Origin: Scyliorhinus canicula
Taxonomy: Eukaryota
Reading direction: 5' to 3'
Length of the DNA stretch: 64,000 nt
NCBI RefSeq assembly: GCF_902713615.1
Contig: NC_052158.1
Coordinates: forward strand, 44,293,159-44,357,158
Shown here: positions 50,840-63,741 of the stretch, piece after piece
Position numbering within the stretch: the stretch's first letter is position 1
How the letters are laid out: each line of letters opens with the position of its first letter
The notes under the pieces: model-generated
What the model was told of the DNA's origin: nothing
Databases searched by the model: none
Seen by the model: only the letters and a program-made list of their open reading frames with translations
Program-made: the position numbers and the translations under genes

Positions 50840-51555
50840 CGCAGGCGAGCTGGTTCTAAGTCTGTGTTAGGGGTAATTTATTGGCTTGGATAGAAGGCTG
50901 GCTGTTGGACAGAAGAGAGAGAGCTGGGATAAATGGGTCTTTTGTTCTGGATGGCAAGATATAACTAGTGGGGTGCCGTAGGTTTTAGCTCTTGGGCCCC
51001 AACTATTTACAATTTATATCAATGATTTGGATTCAGGGATAGAAGATTCTCTCGACAAATTTGCAGGTGACACTAAAATAGGTGGGACAGTAAGTTGCAG
51101 TGAAGAAATAAGAACCTTACAAATGGATATAGATAGGTTATGTGAGTGGGCCAAAATGTGACAGATGGAATTTAACATGGATAAGTGTGAGGTTATCCAT
51201 TTTGGTAAGAAAAATAGAAACGTAACTTATTATCTAAATGGAGGGTGACTTTGGTGTGCTCCGGTGCAGAGGGATCTAGGTGTCCTTGTGAATGAGACAC
51301 AGAAAACATGCAGGTACAGCAGGTAAATGGAATGTTGGCATTTATAGCTCAAGAAATAGAAGATAATGGTAAGGAAGTGTTCCTGCAACTGTACGAGGTA
51401 TTGGTGAGACCCCATCTGGAGTATTGTACACAGTTGTGGTCCCCTTATTTGAGGAGGGATGTAGTTAATTCTAGGCAGTTCAGAGGAGGTTCACTGAATT
51501 GATTCCAGAGATGAAGGGTTTGTCTTATGAAGAGAGATTGAGCAGGATAGGCCGG
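50840..51555 (+). mobile_element. CR1 LINE fragment
   Basis: TSGVP, KFAGDTK and VRPHLEYCTQLWSP, decayed. Confidence 0.85.
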
Positions 51556-51724
51556 TAAATCGCACCCTTGATTATTCTAATGTACTTCTGCCCAGCTTTC
51601 CCCATTATGCTCTCCATTAACTTGAAGTAATCGCGTATCTGCTCCCTGTGCCTTAACCTGCATCAAATTCTGTTCACTCATTATCCTGTGCTCACTGATT
51701 TACACTGGTTCTCTGGTCAAGCAT

Positions 51725-52492
51725 CCCGTCACTCCCGTCTGCATCAATGGCTCCAAAGTGGAGATGGTCGATAGCTTTAATTTCCAGGGGGTCACCATCA
51801 CCAACAGTCGTCCTGGTCCACTCACGATGATGCAACAGTCAAGACAGCCCAACGTCTCTACTTCCTACGGAAGCTAAAGAAATTTGGCATGTCTGCATTG
51901 ACGCTCACAAACATCGACAGATGTGTCATAGAGAGCATCCTGTCCGGCTGCATCACAGTATGGCAACTGCTCGGTCCAAGATCACAAGAAACTGCAGTGT
52001 GGTAAACCCAGCCCATCACACAAGCTTGCCACACCCACATTGATTTTGTATACACCTCCTGCTGCCTCATGACGGCAGACTGCATTATCAGAGATCCCTC
52101 TCATCCAGGTATTGCCTTCTTCCAGACCCTTCCATCAGGCAGAAGATACAGAAGTCTGATGACCCGCACATCCAGACAAGGGAACAGCTTCTTCCCCACA
52201 GCTACAAGACTCCTCAACGATTCCCCCTTGAACTGATCTGTTCCCTCTGAGAACACTATTCACAACACCCTATGCTGTTCTTGCTCATGTATTTGCTTTG
52301 TTTGGCCCCTTGTTCCGCACTGTAACCAATCACTGTTTGTCGATGTACCATTTGTCAATTTACTCAGTTGATTATTCTCTTTGTCTGCTATGTACATAGT
52401 GTGTACATTCCCTCTGCCCCAGAAAAATACTTTTCTCTGTACTTCGGTACATTTGACAATAAATCAAAATCAAAGCAATCAAATCAAATCAA
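51725..52492 (+). mobile_element. Rex1/Babar-type LINE 3' end
   Basis: QRLYFLRKLKKFGMS and IESILSGCIT motifs; (caaat)n tail. Confidence 0.8.
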
Positions 52493-52999
52493 GCAACACC
52501 TTGGTTTCAAAATTCTCATCCTTTTTTCCAAATCAATTCATGGCTTTTTTGTTCCCCTTCTTTGTAATCTCTTTCAGTTTGACAAACTTCCAAGATACCC
52601 TTAATTCTGGCCTCTTAAGCATTCCTAGTTTTAATCATTCCACCATTGGTGGCTGTGTCTTGGCCCTAAGTTCTGGAATATCCCCTCTCAACCTCTCTGG
52701 CTCTCCACCTTTCTTTCCTACTTTAAGAGATTCTTTGAAACCTACCTCTTTGAAGCTTTTGGTCATCTGATCAAAAATCTCCTTTTGTGGCCTTGTATCA
52801 TTTTAATAATGCCCTGACAAGGACCTTGGGACATTTTATTCTGTTAAAGGCACTATATAAATCCAAATAGTTTTTGTTATCAGATATTTAAACGAGTGAG
52901 CTAGAGACGCAATGGTCTCCTTAAACAGTCAGATTGAATGATACTGACATAGTCGAAATCAGGAAGTGTAAGTCAGTATAAGGTTGAGAAGGTGCGTAA

Positions 53000-54215
53000 A
53001 AGGACAATACAGGATCCTGAGCTCAGGTACAAAAGCAAGGAATTTATGAAGAATCTAAACACTGGTTTGGCGTTGGAATTTTTTCCATTTCTGGACACCC
53101 CATTTTAGGAAGGATGAACAGCCATTAGAGAGAGTGTGGAAAGGATTAATGAGAATGGGGGATGGCGGACTTCAGTTATGAACAAAGGTTGGGGAAGCTG
53201 GGGTTGTTTTCCTTTGAGCAGAGAAGGTTGAAAGGAGATTTGATTTTGTTCAAATTCATGAGAGTTGTAGATAGAGTAAAAATAGCTGTCACCTTTGGTG
53301 GAGCGGGTCAAGAACCAGAGGATACAGCTTTAAAGTGTTTTGCAAAACAAAAACAAAGGCAACATGATTAAATATTTTTTTATTCAGCGAGCAGTTAGGA
53401 TCTAGATTGCATTGCCTGATAGTATGGCGGAGGTAGATTCAATGGCTGCTTTCAAATGGAATTGGATAAGCAGCATAAGATTTAAAATGTGCAGGGTTAC
53501 AGGGAAATTGAATAGCTGAATTGCTTTTGCAGACAGCCAGCTCAGACTTGACGAGCTGAATGGTTTCCTGTGCTGTAACCATCCTGTGATTCCTATATTC
53601 TCAAGTTTAGAAGAATGAGGGAGATCAAATTGAGGTATATAAGATGATAAAAAGTATGAATAAAGTAGACGTGGAGCAGATGCCTCCTCTTGGGCAGTCT
53701 AGAACGAGAGGTCATAGTCTCAGGATAAGGGGTAGCAAATTTAAAACAGAGATGAGGAGAAACTACTTCTCCCAACGGGTCGTGAATCTGTGAAATTCAC
53801 TCCCCAGAGTGTGGTGGATGTTGGGACAGTGAGTAAATTTGAGGAGTTAGACAGATTTTCAATTGGTGAGAGATTGAGGGGTTACGGAGAATGGCAGGAC
53901 AGTCGAGTTGAGGCCATGATGAAATCATTCATGATCATATTGAACGTGGAACAGGCCCGAGAAGCCTTTTCCTGCTCCTAATTCTTATGTTCTAAGAAAT
54001 ATCTATTCTATCTAATTCCACCTTCCAGCTCTTGGTCTGTGGCCCTGCAGGTAACAGCACCTCAAGCACAAATCTGGTGTTCTTGCTTAATAAGGGGATT
54101 TCTGGATCAGGTATTATAGGGAGAAGGCAGGAGAATGGGGATGAGGAACATATCAGCCTTGAACGGAGCAAACGCCATAGGCCGAATGGCCTAATTCTGC
54201 TCCTACATCTTATGG
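53000..54215 (+). mobile_element. Stacked old CR1 3' fragments
   Basis: YEQRLGKLGLFS, RTRGHSLRI and VVNL motifs with CR1 tails. Confidence 0.75.
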
Positions 54216-54441
54216 AGATGTTGGTGTTTGGAGAGAGAGGAGCAGGTGAAACAATCCTGACACATGTCGCACTGCAACAGTTGTCTCTCGTGTGGGTTCA
54301 CTAATGTTCCAGGAAGTCCAACTGTGGGAAGATTTTATTACAGAACTCACATTGATAGGGTTTCTCCCATATGAATCTTCTGGTGTCACACGAGGGTCGG
54401 AGACATGGTGAAAGCTTTTGACAAACTTCACACCTGTAGGG

Positions 54442-55404
54442 TCACTCCCCAGTGTGGATCCTCTGATGGAGCAGGAGGTACGATGACCTTGAGAATGATT
54501 TGTTGCACACCTCACACTTGAATGGTTTCTCTCCAGTGTGAATGCGTTGGTGTACGCAGAGATTCGAAGAGCACGAGAAAGATTTGCCACACACCTCGCA
54601 TGTGAACAGCTTCTCCCCTGTGTGAATCTGTTGGTGCAGTCGGAGGGTTGACGAACACGAGAAAGATTTGTCACACACCTCGCAGGCAAATGGTTTCTCA
54701 CCTGTGTGAATGCGTTGATGTACGTGAAGGTTTGTTAATTGTGAGAATGATTTGTCACACAAGGCACACGTGAAGGGTTTCTCCCCTGTGTGAATGCGTT
54801 GGTGTAGACGGAGGGTCGATGACTGTGAGAATGATTTCTCACATATCTTGCATGTGAACGGTCGCTCCCCTGTGTGAACCCGTTGGTGTAGACGGAGATC
54901 TGATGACCAAAAGAATGATTTTCCACAGAACTCACATGTGAATGGTTTGTTCCCTGTGTGAAGGCGTTGGTGTACATGGAGATTTGATGACCTGGAAAAT
55001 GATTTCTTGCACACCTCACACTTGAATGGTTTCTCATCTGCATGAGTGCGTTGGTGTTTTAGGAGGTTCGATGACTGTGAGAACGATTTGTCACACACCT
55101 CGCATGTGAATGGTTTCTCCCCTGTGTGAATGCGTTGATGTACACGGAGGGACGATGATTGTGAGAATGATTTGTTGCAAACCTCACACATGAATGGTTT
55201 TTCCCCAGTGTGAACACGCCAGTGTGTCAGCAGGGCATATGATTCCGCAAATCCCTTGTTACACATTTCACATTTGAATGGCTTCTCTCCAGAGTGAAAG
55301 TGTTGATGTTTCACAATCATTGATGACCCTGCTTGATCATTCACCTCACACAAGAATGATTTATCTTCCATGTGGGTGTTTGTATGTTGCAACTGGGTCA
55401 ACAT
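54442..55404 (-). CDS. Tandem C2H2 zinc-finger protein (10 intact fingers, no effector domain seen)
   Basis: Repeated CxxC-x12-HxxxH with TGEKPF linkers; ends at TGE-TGA followed by decayed fingers; true start uncertain. Confidence 0.8.
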   Translation of the reverse strand: MLTQLQHTNTHMEDKSFLCEVNDQAGSSMIVKHQHFHSGEKPFKCEMCNKGFAESYALLTHWRVHTGEKPFMCEVCNKSFSQSSSLRVHQRIHTGEKPFTCEVCDKSFSQSSNLLKHQRTHADEKPFKCEVCKKSFSRSSNLHVHQRLHTGNKPFTCEFCGKSFFWSSDLRLHQRVHTGERPFTCKICEKSFSQSSTLRLHQRIHTGEKPFTCALCDKSFSQLTNLHVHQRIHTGEKPFACEVCDKSFSCSSTLRLHQQIHTGEKLFTCEVCGKSFSCSSNLCVHQRIHTGEKPFKCEVCNKSFSRSSYLLLHQRIHTGE

Positions 55405-56791
55405 ATGAATGTTCTATGCTTGGAGCTCTTCTAAGCCTTTGGAGCCCTCTTCTCATGAGAACAGCCTCTCACCTGGGGGAATGAGTCAGTAGTTCATGAG
55501 GTTCGATGAATGATTGAAGCTCTCACCACATTTGGAGCCCACTCACACTTCTTCCCAGCCTCACCCTGACCAAACACCCATAGCCGAACCTTCGGAAAGT
55601 TTGGTTCTAATGGAAGGTTCCACACCACTGACCAGTTTCAGATCTGATGATATGTCAAAGCTCCCCTGACCTGGCTGATTTCCAGATGATGGTTTCACTG
55701 CCCAACTTTCTCTGTGTTGAGCAATGCTGAGAATGTACTGGATGTCTTTGCACAGTTGTGCAGTTGTTTCTTGGCTGATGGTCAGGATCTGTGGTGTTGA
55801 TCCTCTCTATATTATCTGATGTAGTACGGTGCAATCCTTCTGTAAAGCAGAAAAAGAAAACATGATTTCCTCCAACTCCCTCTCCTCCTTTGCTGAAGGG
55901 ACTCAGTCCCATTTAGAGACTGTTCCTCAGTGAGTGCCAATCTGCTATTCCCCTGTATGGGGGAATCAGATAAAAGTCCGTTCTTTTTCCTCACTTGACT
56001 ATCACACACCGTCTGTTTCCTGCAGGGACACTGGATAGTGACCAGGAGCAGACAACATGGCTACATTCTTTCCTCTGCCCAGGCCCCATCTTCCCAAGCA
56101 CCATAATGGCAATGGAAAAGGCAGTCGAACGGAGTGTAACATGGGCTATAACTCACTATGAGTTTATATTGTGGAAACAAAAAGAGCTTGTGAAAGTATG
56201 TTGATAATATAAAAGACACGCAGAAATGTTAAATCCATGGAGGTTTTGAAATTTCTCCCCTTGTTTTACAAATTATTTGAGGAAATCATACTGGGCAGAA
56301 AGTATAGCTGATTGAAAGGTTTGAGTTTATCCTAGGAAATTAGATGCACTGCGCTCACTCAGACTGCACATCCCAAATTCAGCTCTCACACACAGCACTG
56401 GACAAAACTATCAAATCTAAATCCAGGCTTGGGAGAAAGACCGAGGCCTTCAGGTAAAATCTTTGAAGAAGACATTAAAAGACATTTCAATAAATGTCTA
56501 TCTGCCTTTCCCAGATATTTACACCTCACCTTCTCATATTCAGCAAAGACCCATCAACAAAACTCAGCCTGTAAATCAGAAGGGAAATGCTTCCAATAAA
56601 CACCCTCAATATCCAACACACAGCCAATCAAACAGCTCAGCACAAAGCACCGAGTAAAGAGGTGTCTGAGCCGGATCTTCTCACACAGCAAAAGGGGCAT
56701 TTCCACAGCTGATTGCCCACAGGATAGTCAGACTGCCTGAACATTAGTGTGGATATTGTGCAATGTAATGATTGTAAATTGTGCTCCTTCA

Positions 56792-56910
56792 CTCACCATC
56801 TCCTGACTTGGTTTTGAGTCCCTACAGGAAGTGAAGCAGCTGTGGTAGAGGAAGAGGAGAGAATGGGCAGAGTGGGTGGGCTCTCTGATTGACGTCTCTC
56901 ACAGCCAATC
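56792..56910 (-). promoter_or_regulatory. Promoter/exon-1 module for the minus ZF gene
   Basis: Inverted copy of 60233-60352: ATTGG box, GACGTCA CRE-like site, ETS-like ACTTCCTG, ATG|GTGAGT donor. Confidence 0.6.
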
Positions 56911-57060
56911 CAAATATTTCTGGAGTAACATGAGTTTCCTGAAGCTTGGGAAATTAACCAGTGAAACAGAGGCAACTTTGTGTTGCAGGTCAGATGGGAA
57001 TTTAAACTTCCCATCGGCCCAGTTGAATAAAACCTCACTTTTATTTAAATTTACATGGCC

Positions 57061-57450
57061 AGGCAGCACAGTGGCGCAGTGGGTTGGCCCTGCAGCCTCA
57101 TGGTGCTGAGGTTTCAATCCTGGTTCTGGGTCACTGTCCATGTGGAGTTTGCACATTCTCCCCGTGTTTGTGTGGGTTTTGCCCCCACAGCCCAAAGATG
57201 TGCAGACTAGGTGGATTGGCTACGCTAAATTGCCCCTTAATTGGAAAAAATGAATTGGGTACTCTAAATTTTTTTTTAAATATTCATGGCCAATTCTTTT
57301 TTTCAAATAAGGGGCAATTTAGAGTGGTTAATCTACCTACCCTGCACATCTTTCGGTTGTGGGGGTGAGACCCACAGAGACACGAGGAGAATGTGCAAAC
57401 TCCAACAGACAGTGATCCGGGACTGGGATCGAACCCCGGTCCTCGGCACA
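57061..57450. mobile_element. Tail-to-tail inverted pair of HE1-type SINEs
   Basis: + copy 57061-57280 and - copy ~57290-57450. Confidence 0.8.
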
Positions 57451-58361
57451 GTGAATAAAACCTCACTTATTGCAGCTGCTGTCTCAGTTCCCCCTGGTAA
57501 ATATTTAACAGATTTTCTCGTATGGGAGTCGCATTCTTCATCCTCAGAGGCTTTCAAATTAACACATCTGTGTGGGATATGTAGCCTCAGATATGTTTGA
57601 CAGAAGATCAGAAGAGAAAGACCCTCAGCATCCAAGGCAATGAAGACATGTAGTGGGATCAGCACATATACAGCAGCGAGGGACACAGGAGACAGGAAAA
57701 ATTGAGATCAGGCATGGGAGGAGGAACAGAGTAGGAGGGAAAACTGAACCAATTCTTGAGGAGTGAGTCTGTCACTCGATGATGGATTCTAATTTTGGCA
57801 GTGACTGTCACTCAGGGAATGACACTCACTCATGGTGTAACTTTGGGAGTGACCTTATGCTCAGGGAATAGCCTGGGTTTGTTTAGTTACTCTGTGCTTG
57901 TAGTGACTGGAGAGTGATCATTTCTGAGGAAATGAAATAAAAGACACATAGAGCATGCAACCTGATGTAAACGGTGCCTGTGGGCGTGAGGTTGCATTAT
58001 TAAATCTTGTGGGTGGCACAAAGAACCCTTAAAGTCCCGCAATTTTGCTATCTAAGGAACAAAAATTGTGTTTCGAGCCTCACAGCTGCAAGGAAAGAAG
58101 TTACTGAAGGGACAGTCCAAACTGGAGGAGGGAAACGTAATTTCAACTGATTTCTGTCTGAAGGACAGACCTATGATGTACCGGCCCAAGAGTGGATTAA
58201 TAATGTGGAATGAGATCATGATGATATTAGACTTGGTATTGTACGGCAGCATGCACACAGGGAAATCAGTAGTTTGAATTTAATTACTCTGCAGCATGGC
58301 AGCAGTGGACTCCAGATAACACAGCGCGCCAGCGCAGGGTAAATAATATAAGTAAATACAA

Positions 58362-59075
58362 ATCTGTGGTGTTGATCCTCTCTATATTATCTGGTGTAGT
58401 ACGGTGCAATCCTTCTGTAAAGCAGAAAAAGATAACATGATTTCCTCCAACTCCCTCTCCTCCTTTGCTGAAGGGACTCAGTCCCATTTAGAGACTGTTC
58501 CTCAGTGAGTGCCAATCTGCTATTCCCCTGTATGGGGGAATCAGATACAAGTCCCTTCTTTTTCCTCACTTGACTATCACACACCATCTGTTTCCTGCAG
58601 GGACACTGGATAGTGACCAGGAGCAGACAACGTGGCTACTATCTTTCCTCTGCCCAGGACCCATCTTCCCAAGCACCAAAATGGCAATGGAAAAGGCAGT
58701 CGTGCGAAGTGTAACATGGGCTATAACTCACTGTGAGTTTATATTGTGGAAACAAAAAGAGTTTGTGAAAGTATGTTTATAATATAACAGTCACGCAGAA
58801 ATGTTAAATCCATGGAGAATTTGAAATTTCTCCCCTTGTTTTACAAATTATTTGAGGAAAACATACTGGGCAGAAAGTATAGTTGATTGAAAGGTTTGGG
58901 TTTATCCTAGGAAATTAGATGCACTGCGCTCACTCAGACTGCACATCCCAAATTCAGCTCTCAGACACAGCACTGGGCAAAACTATCAAATCTAAATCCA
59001 GGCTTGGGAGAAAGACCGAGGCCTTCAGGTAAAATCTTTGAAGAAGACATTAAAAGACATTCCAATAAATGTCTT
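58362..59075. repeat. Direct duplication of 55783-56500 (ZF intron/acceptor region)
   Basis: Near-identical ~710 bp. Confidence 0.9.
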
Positions 59076-59779
59076 ATGTCAGAATTTATAATAATTGTTA
59101 CAAATAATAATCAAGCTCGATAACGTTTCACTGCAACTGAAGTTGCCAATGAGTAACGAACACCAGCGCAGGGTTGCTGGTGGGGTGATGTGCTGTGTGT
59201 TCAGGAGTGGAAGATACTTATATTTCTACTTGTAACACTACAAGATCCAGCGTGTCCCTGGAGAGGGGTATAAAGTTGAATCTCTTGAGGTGGTTGCTGA
59301 TGGGTTTGTGTATAGAACGGGAGCATATGGATATATGGTAAAGGGGCTGAGCATATGTTACTCCTGACCACAGGCAATTGCTGTACTGAATGACAATATT
59401 ATGCAGTGTTTACATATAATACATTAAGATCAGAGTGGCAACCCCTCAGTGACAGTCACAGGAGAGCCGGTGAAGAATTCTTTGGGTGGCCCAGTCTGGC
59501 TCGTGGTGCTTTCCTGATTGCTGAGAGTGGAGGACTGAGCTGGAGGAACACCAATGCATCCTGTCTTCAGCTTTCCGGCTCAGTCACCCGGGAAGATATC
59601 CACCTGGCAGGGAGAACAGGGGTGGTTTTCAACCCTCGGTAGGTTGATAAGTTGAATGAGAGGAAAAAGTCAGGAAAAGCTGCTGGAGGAACAGTTAAAA
59701 AGGCCCGACTGACAGCTAGAAGCTCTTTTCATCAGTCCAGCAGGTTAGAGTGAGGGGGAGCGTGTGAAGGGATTTGGCC

Positions 59780-60352
59780 AAAGGGAACGTCGCGCGTTAT
59801 GAAGGATATCTATCTGCTAGTGTCAGCTCTGCGGCAAACTGCGCATGTGCGGGAGAGAGGGTGGGTGGGAAGGGGTTAAACGGCTGCGATCCTGGTTCCC
59901 GCGACAAGGATTCACAGGTGCGCAACTCCAATTCCAACCTCGCCCACGTAATTGCCGCTTGGGCTCGAACGCAGGCATCAACTGCAGCTGCGCGCGGCGG
60001 AACTACAACCCCTATCAGGCACTGTCGGCTGGCTCCGCCCCCCTCATTCCATCTGCCGCTCCTCACTGCGTCCATGTGCAATCATGGGTAAAGCACTTGC
60101 GACCCGGTGAGAGTCTGCCTGGAAAGCGGCTGCGCAGAACTGGGCAGAGCTCGGAGTCAGGGAAGGCCCGCCCCCTCTACGTGACTGGCTGAGTGATTGA
60201 ATCTGTCGGACATGTCCGTAATCTGTGTACGTGATTGGCTATAAGAGACGTCAATCAGAGAACTCACCCACTCTGCCCATTCTCTCCTCTTCCTCTACCA
60301 CAGCTGCTTCACTTCCTGTAGGGACTCAAAACCAAGTCAGGAGATGGTGAGT
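59780..60352 (+). promoter_or_regulatory. CpG-rich promoter and first exon of the plus-strand ZF gene
   Basis: High CpG density; GCGCATGTGC NRF1-like site; GC boxes (ctccgccccc, cccgccccc); ATTGG; GACGTCA; donor at ~60347. Confidence 0.65.
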
Positions 60353-60964
60353 TAAGGAGCAGAATTTATAATAATTGTTACAAATAATAATCAAGCTCGA
60401 TAACATTTCACTGCGACTGAAGTTGCCAATGAGCAGCGAATGGCACGAGCAGTTATCAAATGTATAGACATTTTCTCCAACAAACCAACTAAAAATTTAC
60501 TGGCCAAACAAAGCCCAGTCGGCCATTGATTAACTGAACTCCAGTAAATATCCCCCCATTAACCTGACTGAACCACCCAACACCACAATTAGACTTTATG
60601 TTTCACTATTAGCAGATTCACAGTTTTTACGGGAGCCTGTCCAATCTCAGCCTCAACTTCCACCAATTTCCCTTCTCCCCCTTTGCCTGAATTGTAACAT
60701 TGACTAACCTGCCACAAAGTGTTTACCTCTGGGATTCCATAGAATTCTGAACCGGCAGACAACACCGAGGCCCCCTCAGTGATTATGCCCCTGTCCACAT
60801 CAGGCTGAATGTCCCTGGGGGTGTCTGTATATTGCCACTGGATGTGTCTCCTGAACACAGAAGCTGTGTTTACCCCTGAATTCTCCCCGAAAGCCCAAAG
60901 AAAGGATAGCCTCTCCCCTCTGATCACAGTGACTGGAGTTCTTGCTTGCTGCCCCTGTGAGAAC

Positions 60965-61185
60965 TTTGTCTATTTCTTCTCTCCCTCCTGTCTCTATCTC
61001 TCAATCTCTCTCTTTCCATCTCTTTGTCTCCATCCCTTTCTTATCTGTCTCTCTGTCCCTATCTTTCTCTCTCTCTCTTCATCTTTCTCTCACACTCATC
61101 CTATCCCCTCTCTGTCTCTCCCTCTCCATCTATCTCTGTCTCTCCCTCTCCTTCTATCTCTGTCTCTATCTCACTGTCTTTCTGT
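60965..61185. repeat. CT-rich low-complexity tract
   Basis: Degenerate (tc)n/(tctg)n. Confidence 0.85.
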
Positions 61186-61199
61186 CCCAAATATCAAAT

Positions 61200-61345
61200 G
61201 ATGTGGAGATGCCGGCGTGGACTGGGGTGAGCACAGTAAGAAGTCTTACAACACCAGGTTAAAGTCCAACAGGTTTGTTTCAAACACTAGCTTTCGGAGC
61301 ACTGCCTCTTCCTCAGGTGAACGTGTAAGACTTCGTACTCCAAAT
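61200..61345 (-). mobile_element. Penelope-like terminal repeat fragment with minimal hammerhead-like motif
   Basis: Minus strand CAC-CTGAGGA-agaggcagtgctcc-GAAA-gc-TA-GTG. Confidence 0.55.
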
Positions 61346-61649
61346 CTGAAAGACAGAAAGTCTGTCTAGTCAGCCCCAGCTGCTCCTGTCTTTGTTTTCA
61401 GGTGTGATTACTTTGCAAAATATTGAAGATGCTGGAAATCTGAATTACAAACAAAAAATTCTGGGAATACTCAGCAGATTTGCCAGCGTCTGTAGAAAAG
61501 AAAGTGAGAGAAAAAGGGTTTCTTTTACTCGATTACTTGAAGGCACTTTAACATTGTGTCTTGTACTCGTGTGCTGGTTTCCAACAATGTTGAGAATGGA
61601 GGTGTTCAGGCCATCTCCTGTTACTGGACAATTTACAGAATATAATTAT

Positions 61650-62450
61650 AGAAAATTTAGGACACAGAAAGAAGCCATTTGTCCCATTGTGTATGCGGCA
61701 GTTGAAAAAAGTTTAATCCCACTTCCCAACATTTGCTCCATAATTCTGCGGTTACAACACCTGAGGTGCAAATCCAGATACATTTCAAATGATTGGAGAA
61801 TTTTTCCCTCTCCTACCATTTCAAGCAATAGGTTTCAGACCCCCACAACCCCCACTTCTTCTCTCCCTTCTAATCTTTCCACAAATCACTTTAAATTCTT
61901 CCCCCTAGTCACTGACCTCTCTGCGAAAAGAAAAAGGCACCCACTCGATCCAAGACCCTCACAATTTTGTAATCAATTCTCCCCTCAGTCTCTTCTGTTC
62001 CAAGGAGAACAACCCAGCCTATCCAATCTTTCCGCACGGTTGCAATTTTCCAGGCCTGGCAATATCCTCTTAACACTCTCTGCCTCCCTCCCTCATCCCC
62101 CTCCAGTGTAACCAATCCTATCTGTAATAAGGTGATCAGAACTGCAAACAGTACTCAAGTCATGGCCTAACTAATGGTTTTGACTTTTCTATCATAACTC
62201 ACCCTGCTCTTATAATCCCTCCCTCGGCTAATGAATGAAAGGATTCCATTTGTCTTAACAAACTTATGAACCTGTACTCCCAACTTCAAGGATCTGTGTG
62301 CATTCTCTCAAGGCCCCATTACTTCCATTACACCTCTTCCATTATTCTCAATCATTGTGTAACACTTTGCCTTGTTTGACCTGCCCAACCAAATCATCTC
62401 CCACTTCTGAGTTCAATTGCATTTGCCACTTTTCTGCCCACCTGAGCACC
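61650..62450 (-). mobile_element. Old CR1 fragment
   Basis: LVRP*LEYCLQF*SPYY-like and ERLDRLG-like motifs. Confidence 0.7.
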
Positions 62451-63741
62451 TTCTTTTATTACATGACTGATTGTCCACAATTTTAGGCAAGATGTTCTAG
62501 GACCACAGACCTTTGCCCTGATCTGTTGAATATGGGGCTGTTTAACTCTGTTTATTGCTGCTGCCCTTGGTGTTTGGTCTGCCTGTAGTCCTGGGTGGTA
62601 TATTCACTTGGTTCAGACCTGGACTCTAAGGTTTACCCTGAACTTTTGACATGTCTATCTACTGGTTTGATGATAATCATGGAATGAAGGTGGTGCCAGG
62701 CTGTGAGACTGTGGATACAATCCTGCTGGTGATGGCTCACTACACCTCATGGCTACCCAGTTGTGAGGTTGTTCTTCATCTACTTCCGCAGTGATGATTG
62801 ATGTGGTGAAGTGCTCATTCCTCAGTTGGGAGAGGAATGGTATTTTTCCTTGACTTGTTCGACATGAAGCCATGCAGTCAATATTGAGGACTTCCCAAAC
62901 TGCCAGTTGGATGGAACGTACCCAGGGATGGGGAGGGAGGAGTCTGGGATGTTTCCAGATTGATACCATTTCAGTTATTTGAGCTCATAGTGAATTGATA
63001 ACCTGTGTTACTCAGCCCAACTGTCTCTTCTTCCATTGTTCCCACGGTGCCTGGGAAGATGGGGATCAGGTGGAGGAAAAGAAGTAGCCACATTTTCTGC
63101 TCCTGGTCATGATCAACTGTCCTTGATGGAAACAGAGGGTGTGTGACAGTCAAGTGAGGGGAAAAAAAAGGACTTGTATCTGATCTCCTACACATGGGAA
63201 TAGCAAACTGGCACTCACTGTGGAACTGTCTCTAAATGAGGAGTCAGTTCCTTCAGCAAAGCAGGAGAGGGAATTGGAAAAAATCATGTTTTCGTTTCCT
63301 GTTTTACAGAATGATTGCACCATGCGACACTGAAGAATACAGAGAAGGTAGACACCGCAGATTGATCCTGATTATCACCCAAGGAACAACTGCACAACTG
63401 TGGGAAGACATCCAGTCCCTTCACAGCATTGCTCAACACAAAAACGGTTGGGCAGTGAAACCATAATCTGAAAATCGGTCGGGTCAGGGGAGCTTTGACA
63501 TATCATCAGATCTGAAACTGGTCAGTGGTGTGGAACCTTCCATCAGAACCAACCTTCTGAAGGTTCCGCTGTGGGTGAACGGTCAGGGTGAGGCAGGGAA
63601 GTGGGCTCTAGTGTGGTGACAGCTTCAATCATTCATTGAGCTTCATGAACCACTGACTCATTGCTACGGGTGAAAGGTTGTTTGTGTGTGAGCTGTGTTC
63701 ATCAGGCTCAGTTGTATCACCTGTAACTCAGAGACAGGCAT

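Noticed and set aside
61392-62111. 239-aa ORF
   Set aside because: Crosses unrelated repeat fragments, largely antisense to a decayed CR1; no motif
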